A stretch of DNA of 62,661 nt, filler included. It is 3 parts of 3 records of this genome, joined end to end, with 100 filler letters (N's around TTAATTAATTAA, not from the genome) between each part and the next. Parts side by side here need not be neighbours in the genome. Positions count along the whole stretch, not along the records: positions 26,831 to 52,613 come from SRR20825019_705; positions 52,714 to 62,661 come from SRR20825019_712; 1 more part is not named here. One strand, written 5' to 3'. Below the pieces are notes generated by a model. The model was not told the origin of the DNA and made no database searches. It worked only from the letters and a program-made list of their open reading frames with translations. How positions within the stretch are numbered: the stretch's first letter is position 1; the number at the start of each line of letters is the position of its first letter. This document shows positions 50,796-59,240 of this stretch, piece after piece. The position numbers were made by a program, and so were the translations under genes.

Positions 50796-51035
50796 TCAGT
50801 CCTCGTCCTTTTTCTCCATCTGGTCATGAATATAGCCGGCACCGGCACCAACACCCGCGCCGATAGCAGCGCCACAGGAAACGCAGCCGCCTGTCAGCAC
50901 GGTCCCGACCGCGCCCACACCGGCACCGATGGCGCCGCCCGAAAGAACGCGCTGCTCCGTCGTGTCCATGCCCGAGCAACCGGAAACCAGCAAGCCACCG
51001 GCAAGAATGGCGGGAAGGATCAGGGTGCGTTTCAT
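50796..51035 (-). CDS. Small glycine-zipper lipoprotein with CxxC (paralogue 2)
   Basis: SD GAGGAG; lipobox LVSGC; GGAIGAGVGA...GCVSCG..IGAGVGAGAG. Confidence 0.85.
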   Translation of the reverse strand: MKRTLILPAILAGGLLVSGCSGMDTTEQRVLSGGAIGAGVGAVGTVLTGGCVSCGAAIGAGVGAGAGYIHDQMEKKDED

Positions 51036-51090
51036 GGTTCATCTCCTCGACGAAATTCAAAGGGGCACTTTGCACTTCACTTGAAGGAAG

Positions 51091-51115
51091 AACGCCTGCC
51101 CGCAGGATTGGTTCC
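51091..51115 (-). promoter_or_regulatory. EcfG/SigT-type promoter
   Basis: GGAAC-caatcctgcgggcagg(16)-CGTT, 55 nt upstream of the ATG. Confidence 0.8.
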
Positions 51116-51158
51116 TGCATGCCGATGGAAGAGTTGGGAAAATGCAGCCCGGAACAGC

Positions 51159-51731
51159 CTAGCCCGACACAAAACCGGCGACCTGCTCGATTTGCTGCCC
51201 GGTCGTATCGGTGCCTGAAACCCGGATGACCGGACAGGGCAAACGCTCAATCCAGGCCTCGTGCATCTTCAGGCTGCGGATCTCGGGGCCACCGGTATCG
51301 TAAGACGCCGCCCATTCGATGAAGGCATTGAAGTCGTCATAACGCTCCCCGCCCGGCTGCAGCGCCTCCACGCCATACCGGGCTTCCTCCCGGGCGATCA
51401 AACGATCCATGCGCAGATTGAAGGGCGTGTAGATAAAGACGGCGCACTGAAAATTGTCGATCAGCGGCTCGCCCCAGGACACCAGGGATCCGGTGAGGAT
51501 CCAGCTTTCCGCCTGCCCGAAAGCCTGTTCAAGCAGGCGGAGACGCTCAGGGACCGGACGCTTTTCCTGAAAGGCCGGTTTCGTCGGCATCCAGTAGAAA
51601 TCGTCCGTATCGAGATGTGTGTGACCAAAGCGGGCTGCCCAGGCACGGCCAAATGTGGTCGTACCCGAGCCGGAGGCGCCAAAGACATGCAGTCTTTGCG
51701 GCAGTTCCCTGTCCACCGTCCCGCCTGTCAT
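51159..51731 (-). CDS. P-loop NMP-kinase-like protein
   Basis: HVFGASGSGTTT, HLDTDDFYW, WILTGSL..WG, RE..RYG. Start uncertain. Confidence 0.8.
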   Translation of the reverse strand: MTGGTVDRELPQRLHVFGASGSGTTTFGRAWAARFGHTHLDTDDFYWMPTKPAFQEKRPVPERLRLLEQAFGQAESWILTGSLVSWGEPLIDNFQCAVFIYTPFNLRMDRLIAREEARYGVEALQPGGERYDDFNAFIEWAASYDTGGPEIRSLKMHEAWIERLPCPVIRVSGTDTTGQQIEQVAGFVSG

Positions 51732-51741
51732 CACTTCATGC

Positions 51742-52613
51742 CTATCTGGCCAGCCGGGTTTCGACCAGTTTGCTCCAGTAGCTGGCGCCAACGGTCAGGG
51801 CTTCGTCATTGAAGTCATATTCCGGATGATGCAGGCCAGCGGTATCGCCATTGCCGCACCAGATATAGGCGCCCGGCTTTTCCAGCAGCATGTAGGAGAA
51901 ATCCTCGGCGCCCATGCTCGACGGCAGTCCCCGGTCCACCGTCCCCATGCCGCCGGAAATCTCGGCACAGACCGAAGCCGCGAAATCGGCTTCCTTCTCG
52001 GTATTCACGGTCGCCGGATAGCCCGAAATATAGTTCAGTTCGGCCGTCGCCCCGTAGGTCGCGGCGACACCGTCCACCACCCGCTTGATGCGTTCCGGCA
52101 GAGTTGCCTGCAATTCCGGATTCAGTACCCGGCAGGTGCCGCGCAGGATGATGTCGTCCGGGATCACGTTGAAGGCGTCACCGGCATGGAACTGGGTGGC
52201 ACTGATGACGAGCGCGTCCGCCGGATCAATATTGCGGCTGGTAATGGTCTGCAGCGCCATGATGATATTCGCGCCGACAACCACCGGGTCGACACCCTGA
52301 TGCGGCATGGCCGCATGCGCGCCCCGGCCGGAAATGAAGATCTCCCAGTTATCCCGTGCCGCCATGACCGGACCGGCGGAAACGCCGAAGCTGCCGACCG
52401 GCATTTCCGGCCGGTTGTGCATGCCATAAACCTCATCCACCGGGAACAGCTTGAAGAGACCATCCTCGATCATCTTCTTGCCGCCGCCCTTGCCTTCTTC
52501 GGCCGGCTGGAAGATCAGCTGTACGGTGCCGGCGAAATTACGGGTCTCGGCAAGATACTTGGCCGCTCCCAGCAGCATGGTTGTGTGGCCGTCATGGCCG
52601 CAGGCATGCATCT
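51742..52613 (-). CDS. M20 family amidohydrolase (hippuricase-like), 5' truncated
   Basis: MHACGHDGH, FQPAEE, GAHAAMPH, AEDFS, LHHP.YDF. Confidence 0.92.
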
Positions 52614-52713
52614 NNNNNNNNNNNNNNNNNNNNNNNNNNNNNNNNNNNNNNNNNNNNTTAATTAATTAANNNNNNNNNNNNNNNNNNNNNNNNNNNNNNN
52701 NNNNNNNNNNNNN
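52614..52713. other. Artificial contig spacer
   Basis: 44 N + TTAATTAATTAA + 44 N. Confidence 0.98.
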
Positions 52714-53795
52714 ATGTCGTGACCCAGAAGGGCAAGGGCTATGCCCCGGCCGAAGCCGCCGCCGACAAGTGCCACGCCGTCAGCCGTTTCGACGTCGTCA
52801 CCGGCCATCAGGCGAAATCCAAGCCGAACGCGCCGAGCTACACCTCCGTCTTCGCCAAGGCGCTGATCGAGGAAGCCCGCAACGACAAGGATGTGGTGGC
52901 GATCACAGCCGCGATGCCGTCGGGCACCGGTCTCGACAAGTTCGAGGAGATTTACCCAAGCCGGATTTTCGACGTCGGCATTGCCGAGCAGCACGCCGTG
53001 ACCTTTGCCGCCGGTCTTGCCAGCGAGGGCATCAAGCCGTTTTGCGCGCTCTATTCGACGTTCCTGCAGCGCGGTTATGACCAGGTGGTCCACGATGTCG
53101 CGATCCAGGGCCTGCCGGTACGCTTCCCGATTGACCGCGCCGGTTTTGTCGGCGCCGACGGGCCGACCCATGCGGGCTCGTTCGACACCACCTATCTCGC
53201 CACCCTGCCCGGCTTCGTGGTGATGGCCGCCGGCGACGAACTCGAACTGATGCATATGGTGCGCACCGCCACCGCCTATGACGAAGGCCCGATCTCGTTC
53301 CGCTATCCGCGCGGCGAAGGCACCGGCGTCGCATTGCCGGAGCGCGGCGAGATTCTGGAAATCGGCAAGGGCCGGATCATTTCCGAGGGCTCCAAGGTGG
53401 CGCTCTTGTCCTTCGGCACCAGGCTCGGGGAATGTCGCGAGGCGGCAACCGTTCTGAATGCCGCCGGCCTGTCGACCACGGTTGCCGATGCCCGTTTCGC
53501 CAAGCCGCTCGATCACGCCCTTATCCGCCAGCTCGCCGCCCATCACGAAGTGCTGGTGACGATCGAGGAAGGCGCGGTCGGCGGGTTCGGCGCCCATGTG
53601 GTCCAGTTCCTTGCCAATGAGGGCCTGCTCGATCACGGCCTCAGGGTGCGCCAGATGGTGTTGCCGGATGTCTGGATGGAACAGGCCAAGCCCGAGGATA
53701 TGTATGCGAAGGCGGGCCTCAACCGTGACGGCATCGTGGAAACCGTGTTCCGCGCGCTCGGCCGCCACGGCATTTCGACCGGCACGATCGGCTGA
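52714..53795 (+). CDS. dxs: 1-deoxy-D-xylulose-5-phosphate synthase, 5' truncated
   Basis: [54 protein letters not shown]. Confidence 0.96.
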
Positions 53796-53834
53796 AAGCT
53801 TGCGCCTGCCGCCAAAACCGTCCATGGAGCGGCC

Positions 53835-54602
53835 ATGGCCGCTCCCGTCACCCCCATGCGTCTCGACCAATTGCTGGTCGCGCTCAACCGTTTTACAACC
53901 CGCTCGCGGGCCCGCGACGCGATTGCGCGCGGGGCGGTGACGGTGAACGGGAAAAAGACGGCAAAGCCCGGCATGACGGTCGACCCCGACGCCCTGATCG
54001 AAATCGATGATCCCGCCGAACATTATGTTTCGCGCGCCGCGCTGAAACTGGCGGCAGCGCTCGATCATTTCGCATTGTCGCCGGCGGGCACGCATGCGCT
54101 CGATATCGGCGCCTCGACCGGCGGTTTCACGCAGGTGCTGCTGGAGCGTGGCGCAGCCCACGTCACCGCGATTGATGTTGGTCACGGCCAGATGGCGGGC
54201 CGGATCGCAGACGATCCCCGCGTAACAAATATCGAGGGGCTGAACGCCCGATACCTGACCCGCGACGATATCGCCGGGGGGCCGGTGCACTGGGTCGTCT
54301 CCGATGTCTCGTTCATCTCGCTGAGGCTGGCGGTGCCGCCCGCGCTGGATCTTGCCGAGCCGGGCGCGGTCTGTATCCTGCTGGTCAAGCCGCAATTCGA
54401 GGCCGGCAGGGACAATATCGGCAAGAAGGGGCTTCTGAAGGACGCAGCACTCGGCCCGCGGATTGCCGCCGACCTCGAAAGATGGCTCACCGGGGACATC
54501 GGCTGGCACAGTCTCGGCATTGCGCCCTCGCCGATCGAGGGCGGCGACGGCAACCGCGAATTTCTGCTCGCCGGACGCAAACCCGGCAAGGAAGAGGAAT
54601 AA
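53835..54602 (+). CDS. tlyA: TlyA family rRNA methyltransferase
   Basis: S4 domain RLDQLLV; YVSR, DIGASTGGFT, DVSFISL, KPQFE, GNREF; follows dxs. Confidence 0.93.
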   Translation: MAAPVTPMRLDQLLVALNRFTTRSRARDAIARGAVTVNGKKTAKPGMTVDPDALIEIDDPAEHYVSRAALKLAAALDHFALSPAGTHALDIGASTGGFTQVLLERGAAHVTAIDVGHGQMAGRIADDPRVTNIEGLNARYLTRDDIAGGPVHWVVSDVSFISLRLAVPPALDLAEPGAVCILLVKPQFEAGRDNIGKKGLLKDAALGPRIAADLERWLTGDIGWHSLGIAPSPIEGGDGNREFLLAGRKPGKEEE

Positions 54603-54608
54603 AATCCC

Positions 54609-55865
54609 ATGGCAGCCGAAACCGTGACAATTGAAAAGCTGGGCGCCAAGGGCGACGGCATCGCTCAAACGCCCGACGGCCCGGTCTTCGTGCCATTTGC
54701 CCTGCCCGGAGAGCACATCACGATCGCCCGGCAGAAATCTTCCGGCACCATGCTTGCGCTGCTGGAACCGGCAGCCGAGCGCGTGACGCCCGCCTGCCGT
54801 CATTTCGGCCCGGACGGCCGAAACGGCACCTGCGGCGGATGCACGCTCCAGCATCTGGCGCCGGAGGCCTATCGCGCCTTCAAGCGCCAGGTGGTGGTCG
54901 ACGCGCTCGCCGCCCACGGTCTCGACTGTCCGGTCGACCCTTTGGTCAGTGCCGCGCCCGGCCAGCGCCGCCGGGCAACCTTTTCCGCGCGTCGGACCGA
55001 AGGCGGGATCGTGCTCGGCTTTTCCAGCCCGGAAAGCCATCACATCGTCGAAATCGAGGAATGTCCGGTGCTGTCGCCGGCGCTGTTTTCTCGGCTTCCG
55101 GCCCTGCGTCTTCTGGCCGGGATTCTGGCAAGCGGAAGCGACCCCTTCCGGATCGCCGTCCTCGAGACCGATACCGGCCTCGATATCAGTTTTTCAGGGC
55201 TCAAGCCGCCCTCCGAAAAGCGCCGTCAGGCCGCGACCCGCGCGGTCATCGCGGTCAAGGGCATTGCCCGGCTGACCTATGAGGACGAGATCATCGTCGA
55301 GCCGGTGCGCCCTGCCCTCGATATCGCCGGGACGAAGGTCAATCCGCCGCCCTCGGGCTTCGCCCAGGCGACCCGCGAAGCCGAAGACGTGATGGCGGGG
55401 CTGGTGACAAAGCATCTGAAAAGCGCCCGTTACGTCGCCGATCTTTTCAGCGGGTTCGGCACCTTCGCCCTGCGGCTGGCCGCAAAATCCAGAGTTCATG
55501 CGGTCGAATTCGACGCGCCGGCCCTTGCCGCGCTCGATATCGCCGTGCGCAACCGTCAGGGACTGAAGGCGGTGACGAGCGAGCGACGCGACCTGTTCCG
55601 CCGCCCGCTGCTGCCGCGCGAGCTTGCGGGCTTCGACGGCGCGGTGTTCGATCCGCCCCGCGCAGGCGCACGCGAACAGGCCGAAGAGCTTGCCCGCTCC
55701 AAGGTCGCGAAGATCGCCGCGGTTTCGTGCAATCCCGCCACCCTTGCCAGGGATCTGCGGCTACTCGTCGATGGCGGTTACGCGATCGAGCGGATCATCC
55801 CGATCGACCAGTTCCTCTGGTCCTCGCACGTCGAGGCGGTCGCCCTGCTCAGCCGGGCACGATAA
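54609..55865 (+). CDS. RlmD/TrmA-family RNA m5U methyltransferase
   Basis: TRAM-like N-terminus; CRHF...CGGC Fe-S motif; DLFSG.G, DPPRAG, VSCNP.TLARD. Confidence 0.9.
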   Translation: MAAETVTIEKLGAKGDGIAQTPDGPVFVPFALPGEHITIARQKSSGTMLALLEPAAERVTPACRHFGPDGRNGTCGGCTLQHLAPEAYRAFKRQVVVDALAAHGLDCPVDPLVSAAPGQRRRATFSARRTEGGIVLGFSSPESHHIVEIEECPVLSPALFSRLPALRLLAGILASGSDPFRIAVLETDTGLDISFSGLKPPSEKRRQAATRAVIAVKGIARLTYEDEIIVEPVRPALDIAGTKVNPPPSGFAQATREAEDVMAGLVTKHLKSARYVADLFSGFGTFALRLAAKSRVHAVEFDAPALAALDIAVRNRQGLKAVTSERRDLFRRPLLPRELAGFDGAVFDPPRAGAREQAEELARSKVAKIAAVSCNPATLARDLRLLVDGGYAIERIIPIDQFLWSSHVEAVALLSRAR

Positions 55866-55869
55866 ACAC

Positions 55870-55901
55870 GAAAACCCCGGCGAAAAATCCGCCGGGGTCT
55901 C
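55870..55901. terminator. Terminator hairpin between convergent genes
   Basis: ACCCCGGCG-aaaaatc-CGCCGGGGT. Confidence 0.75.
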
Positions 55902-55919
55902 GAGGGCATTCCATCCTGC

Positions 55920-56444
55920 TCAATAGTAGGGTGACAGGCACTGCTGGCGCGGCCCGTTATAGGGCTGGAAGGTGTTGTCATAGCTCCGGTAGGAGCGATA
56001 CCGGTTGTCGCACCAGGCATAATGTTTGGGGTTCAACCCGTTGGTCTGCTGCGGCCGGTTGTTGTTTCCGGCAGCAACCGCCCCGCCGATGATCAGCGCG
56101 CCGGCGCCGAGAATGGCGAGCGGAACCCAGGCATCGTTGTTGTTGTCCCAGCCATGGTTCGGGCCCGGAGGCGGCGGGCGACGACCGCCATGGTGGTAGT
56201 TGCCGCCCTGATGCCGGTTGCCGCCGTTATAGTGGCCGCCGCGATTGTTATTGTTGTAGCGGCCGCCATTATAGGCCTGGTTGCGGTTGCGATCCCAGCC
56301 CCGGCCGTCGACCAGTTCGATATTCGAGCTGGCGACGCCCGTCGGGTTCATGGAGATCGGCATGGACTGCGCAGGCAGAGCGCTCACCGCGACCACGGCG
56401 GATGCAATCGCTGCCGCGACCGTTTTTTTTGCCATATTCAACAT
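55920..56444 (-). CDS. BA14K family protein
   Basis: Signal peptide, R/G/N/H-rich linker, hydrophobic segment, [29 protein letters not shown] domain. Confidence 0.92.
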   Translation of the reverse strand: MLNMAKKTVAAAIASAVVAVSALPAQSMPISMNPTGVASSNIELVDGRGWDRNRNQAYNGGRYNNNNRGGHYNGGNRHQGGNYHHGGRRPPPPGPNHGWDNNNDAWVPLAILGAGALIIGGAVAAGNNNRPQQTNGLNPKHYAWCDNRYRSYRSYDNTFQPYNGPRQQCLSPYY

Positions 56445-56644
56445 CTGCTACTCCCGTTGTTGTTCACAATAGCGAAACCGATGGGTCCCGTTGCTGACTG
56501 TGACGACCATAAAACCTGCCACCTGAACTCAGAATTAACGGCTTGTTTAGTGATCGATAAACGTTTGAAACCGGCGAGAGGTTCAAAAGAATATGCGCAG
56601 GGCGACCATCGCCGCTCCCGCACCAAGGCCTGCCCGGAGACGTT

Positions 56645-56965
56645 TCAGCCGATCTCCAGCGTCCGGATGAGCCCGTTCTCCAGCGTGAAGGCGTAATCGA
56701 GATCGACCGGGCTGCCCGGAAAATTGCCTTCGACATGGGCGGTGACGACGTGCCTGCCGTCTTCTGTCCTGGCGGCGACCGGCGTGCTGGTGTATTGATA
56801 TTCGCTGGCCGTCCTTGCCTTCCATGCGGCGATCGCCGCCCTTCCGGTGTGGGTCTTGCCCTCGTCGCGCACGGTGGCATCCTCGGCAAAGCAGTGCATG
56901 ACCGCGTCGGTATCGCCGGCGTCGGTGGCGAGATATCCTGCAATCGGTTTCGGTAGATCGAGCAT
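56645..56965 (-). CDS. SnoaL/NTF2-like protein
   Basis: CFAEDATVRDEGKTHTGRAAI..W and VEGNFPGSPVDLDYAF. Confidence 0.87.
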   Translation of the reverse strand: MLDLPKPIAGYLATDAGDTDAVMHCFAEDATVRDEGKTHTGRAAIAAWKARTASEYQYTSTPVAARTEDGRHVVTAHVEGNFPGSPVDLDYAFTLENGLIRTLEIG

Positions 56966-57026
56966 GATGGTTTTCCTTGTTTCACGGCTGATTGCGCGCC
57001 AGAGAAATGTGGTCTAATCTGAAAAA

Positions 57027-57404
57027 ATGACAAGTACGGACGAAAAAGTAGGGTACTCACCCGAAAGTAAGCATGAATACACGCGCGAATCCGCGGCTGA
57101 AGGCGTGGAGACCGCGCTGCGTTTTCTGGAAGGTCGATGGAAACTGGTGATCCTGTTCCACCTGTTCGGCGGCACGGTGATGCGGTTTTCGGAGCTGGAA
57201 CGGGCGATCCCGGAGGTTTCGCAGAAAATGCTGATCCAGCAGCTTCGCGCGCTGGAGGCCGATGGCATCGTGCGCCGGGTCGTCTATCCCGAGGTGCCGC
57301 CAAAGGTGGAATATGGCCTCACCGATTGGGGGCAGGCGCTTTGCCCTGCGCTCGACGCGCTTTTGACCTGGGCGGGGCAGAAGCCGGAATTTCGTGGCCC
57401 GTGA
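57027..57404 (+). CDS. HxlR (MarR/DUF24) winged-helix regulator
   Basis: Close homologue of 50354-50725. Confidence 0.92.
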   Translation: MTSTDEKVGYSPESKHEYTRESAAEGVETALRFLEGRWKLVILFHLFGGTVMRFSELERAIPEVSQKMLIQQLRALEADGIVRRVVYPEVPPKVEYGLTDWGQALCPALDALLTWAGQKPEFRGP

Positions 57405-57430
57405 CGCATTGATGCGCCACGGGCCAATGA

Positions 57431-58012
57431 TCAGATGTCGCTCTGGCTGGTCACGACGCGCGAGACCAGACCGTATTCGATCGCTTCCTCGGCCGAAAGC
57501 CAGTAGTCGCGGTCGATATCCTTGGCGATCTTTTCCTCCGACTGACCTGTGGCCTTCGAGAAAATCCTGATCAGTCGCTCGTTCATCTTGATGATCTCGC
57601 GGGCCTGGATCTCGATATCGGAAGCCGGGCCGCGGGTGCCGCCGGAGGGCTGATGCAGCAGGAAACGGGTGTTTGGAAGGCAGATGCGATCTTCCATCGG
57701 GGCTGCGGCATAGATCAGTGCGCCGGCGGAAGCGACCCAGCCCGAGCCGATCATGATCACCTTCGGCTTGATGAACTTGACCAGATCGTGGATCGAATCG
57801 CCCGATTCCACATGACCGCCCGGCGAGTTCACGAAGACGCGGATATCCTCGTCGGAAACGGCGGCCATCGCCACAAGCTGCGAGCACACGCGCTGAGCGA
57901 GTTCCTGCGTGATCGGGCCATAGATGAAGATCGAGCGCGATTTGAACAGGTTGGCTTCCGCCTCCTTGCCCAGAGGCAGTTCGGTCGTCTTGTCGTCGTC
58001 TTCTTCGCTCAT
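57431..58012 (-). CDS. clpP: ATP-dependent Clp protease proteolytic subunit (paralogue not linked to clpX)
   Basis: NSPGG, ASAG (Ser), LHQP (His), DRDYWL (Asp). ATG 58012 follows GGAG. Confidence 0.93.
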   Translation of the reverse strand: MSEEDDDKTTELPLGKEAEANLFKSRSIFIYGPITQELAQRVCSQLVAMAAVSDEDIRVFVNSPGGHVESGDSIHDLVKFIKPKVIMIGSGWVASAGALIYAAAPMEDRICLPNTRFLLHQPSGGTRGPASDIEIQAREIIKMNERLIRIFSKATGQSEEKIAKDIDRDYWLSAEEAIEYGLVSRVVTSQSDI

Positions 58013-58151
58013 CGGTATCTCCAAGAATCAGGGAACTGCCAACCGACTTAATGCGAATATACGGCCATTACAATGTCTGAGGGTCTTGTGACCCCGAGCC
58101 ATCCGAGAAAACGCCTGCGCATGTCGGGAGCAAACTCCGACCCGCCCGATC

Positions 58152-59066
58152 TCATTCAATCCGGACCCGCACGCCGTGGGCCTTCACTCCCTCCGGTTCG
58201 ACATGGATGGCAAGCGAGGAGCCGGGGATCGCCTTCTTGATCGCGCCCTCCATCCGATCGCAGATGTCATGGGCCTCGCCGACGGTCATGTCGGCGCTCA
58301 CCACCAGATGAAAGTCGATGAAGGCGGCGGACCCCGCCCTGCGGGTGCGCAGGTCGTGGACGTCGGACGAGCCGGCGGCGCTATCGGCGATCGCCTGGCG
58401 CAGGGCTTCCGCCTCGTCCGGCGGCAGCGCCGTATCCATCAACCCGCCGACCGATTCGCTGATCAGCCTCCATCCGGCGTAGAGAATATGGGCGGCGACC
58501 GCGAGCGCGATCAGCGGATCGAAGATCGCATAGCCGGTTGCAAGCGCCAGCCCGAGCCCGATCACCACGCCGATCGAGGTGACGACATCGGTGCGGATAT
58601 GCTTGCCGTCGGCGACCAGCGCCGGCGAGCGCGCCGCGCGCCCGGCGCGGATCAGCACATAGGCCCAGACGCCGTTGATAAGACTTGCCACCATATTGAC
58701 GCCAAGGCCGATATAGATGTCTTCCGGCATCGAGGGATGAAGCATTTCCGCAGCCGCTTCCCTGAAGATCAGAAGCGCCGCCACGACGATCGCGACGCCC
58801 TCGATAACAGCAGAAATATATTCGGCCTTGTGATGACCGAACTGATGATCGTGATCGGCAGGCTTGGAGGCGTAAACGATAGCGATGAAGGCCGCGATCG
58901 AGGCGACCACATTGACGATCGATTCCAGCGCGTCTGAAAGAAGGGCGACCGAACCGGTCAGATGCCAGGCCGCAAGCTTGATCGCGAGCACCAGGAGCGA
59001 GAGCGGTATGGTGGCAAATGCAAGCTTCCGGGGCATGCTGTTTCCGTGGGCATGGCCTGTGCTCAT
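58152..59066 (-). CDS. Cation diffusion facilitator (FieF/EmfA-like)
   Basis: SDALES, HQFGHHKAEY, ADGKHIRTD, AHDICD, IHVEP. Confidence 0.92.
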   Translation of the reverse strand: MSTGHAHGNSMPRKLAFATIPLSLLVLAIKLAAWHLTGSVALLSDALESIVNVVASIAAFIAIVYASKPADHDHQFGHHKAEYISAVIEGVAIVVAALLIFREAAAEMLHPSMPEDIYIGLGVNMVASLINGVWAYVLIRAGRAARSPALVADGKHIRTDVVTSIGVVIGLGLALATGYAIFDPLIALAVAAHILYAGWRLISESVGGLMDTALPPDEAEALRQAIADSAAGSSDVHDLRTRRAGSAAFIDFHLVVSADMTVGEAHDICDRMEGAIKKAIPGSSLAIHVEPEGVKAHGVRVRIE

Positions 59067-59173
59067 TGCGCTCTCCCCGTAGCGTTCACAATCGTTCGGG
59101 AAACCGTGCGGTTTCCTTCAGGACGATGTAAAATTTCAGAATGTAGCCGTGTACCCGAGATTAACGGCGGTCA

Positions 59174-59210
59174 AATGCAAAAGCGGGCCGGAGAGGCCCG
59201 CTTTTGCATT
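59174..59210 (-). terminator. Terminator after trpE(G)
   Basis: AATGCAAAAGCGGGCC-ggaga-GGCCCGCTTTTGCATT perfect inverted repeat. Confidence 0.85.
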
Positions 59211-59240
59211 GCTACTCAATCACGACCTTGTCCGCAAGCC

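Noticed and set aside
52662..55043. 793-aa minus-strand ORF, and similar long antisense ORFs (27208-28020, 28166-29524, 36410-38104, 37866-39512, 46445-47545, 59973-61316)
   Set aside because: Shadow frames opposite well-supported genes in high-GC DNA; no recognisable motifs.
59067..59173. Metal-sensing riboswitch upstream of the CDF transporter
   Set aside because: I could not identify yybP-ykoY or NiCo consensus elements; the strong hairpin nearby is the trpE(G) terminator.
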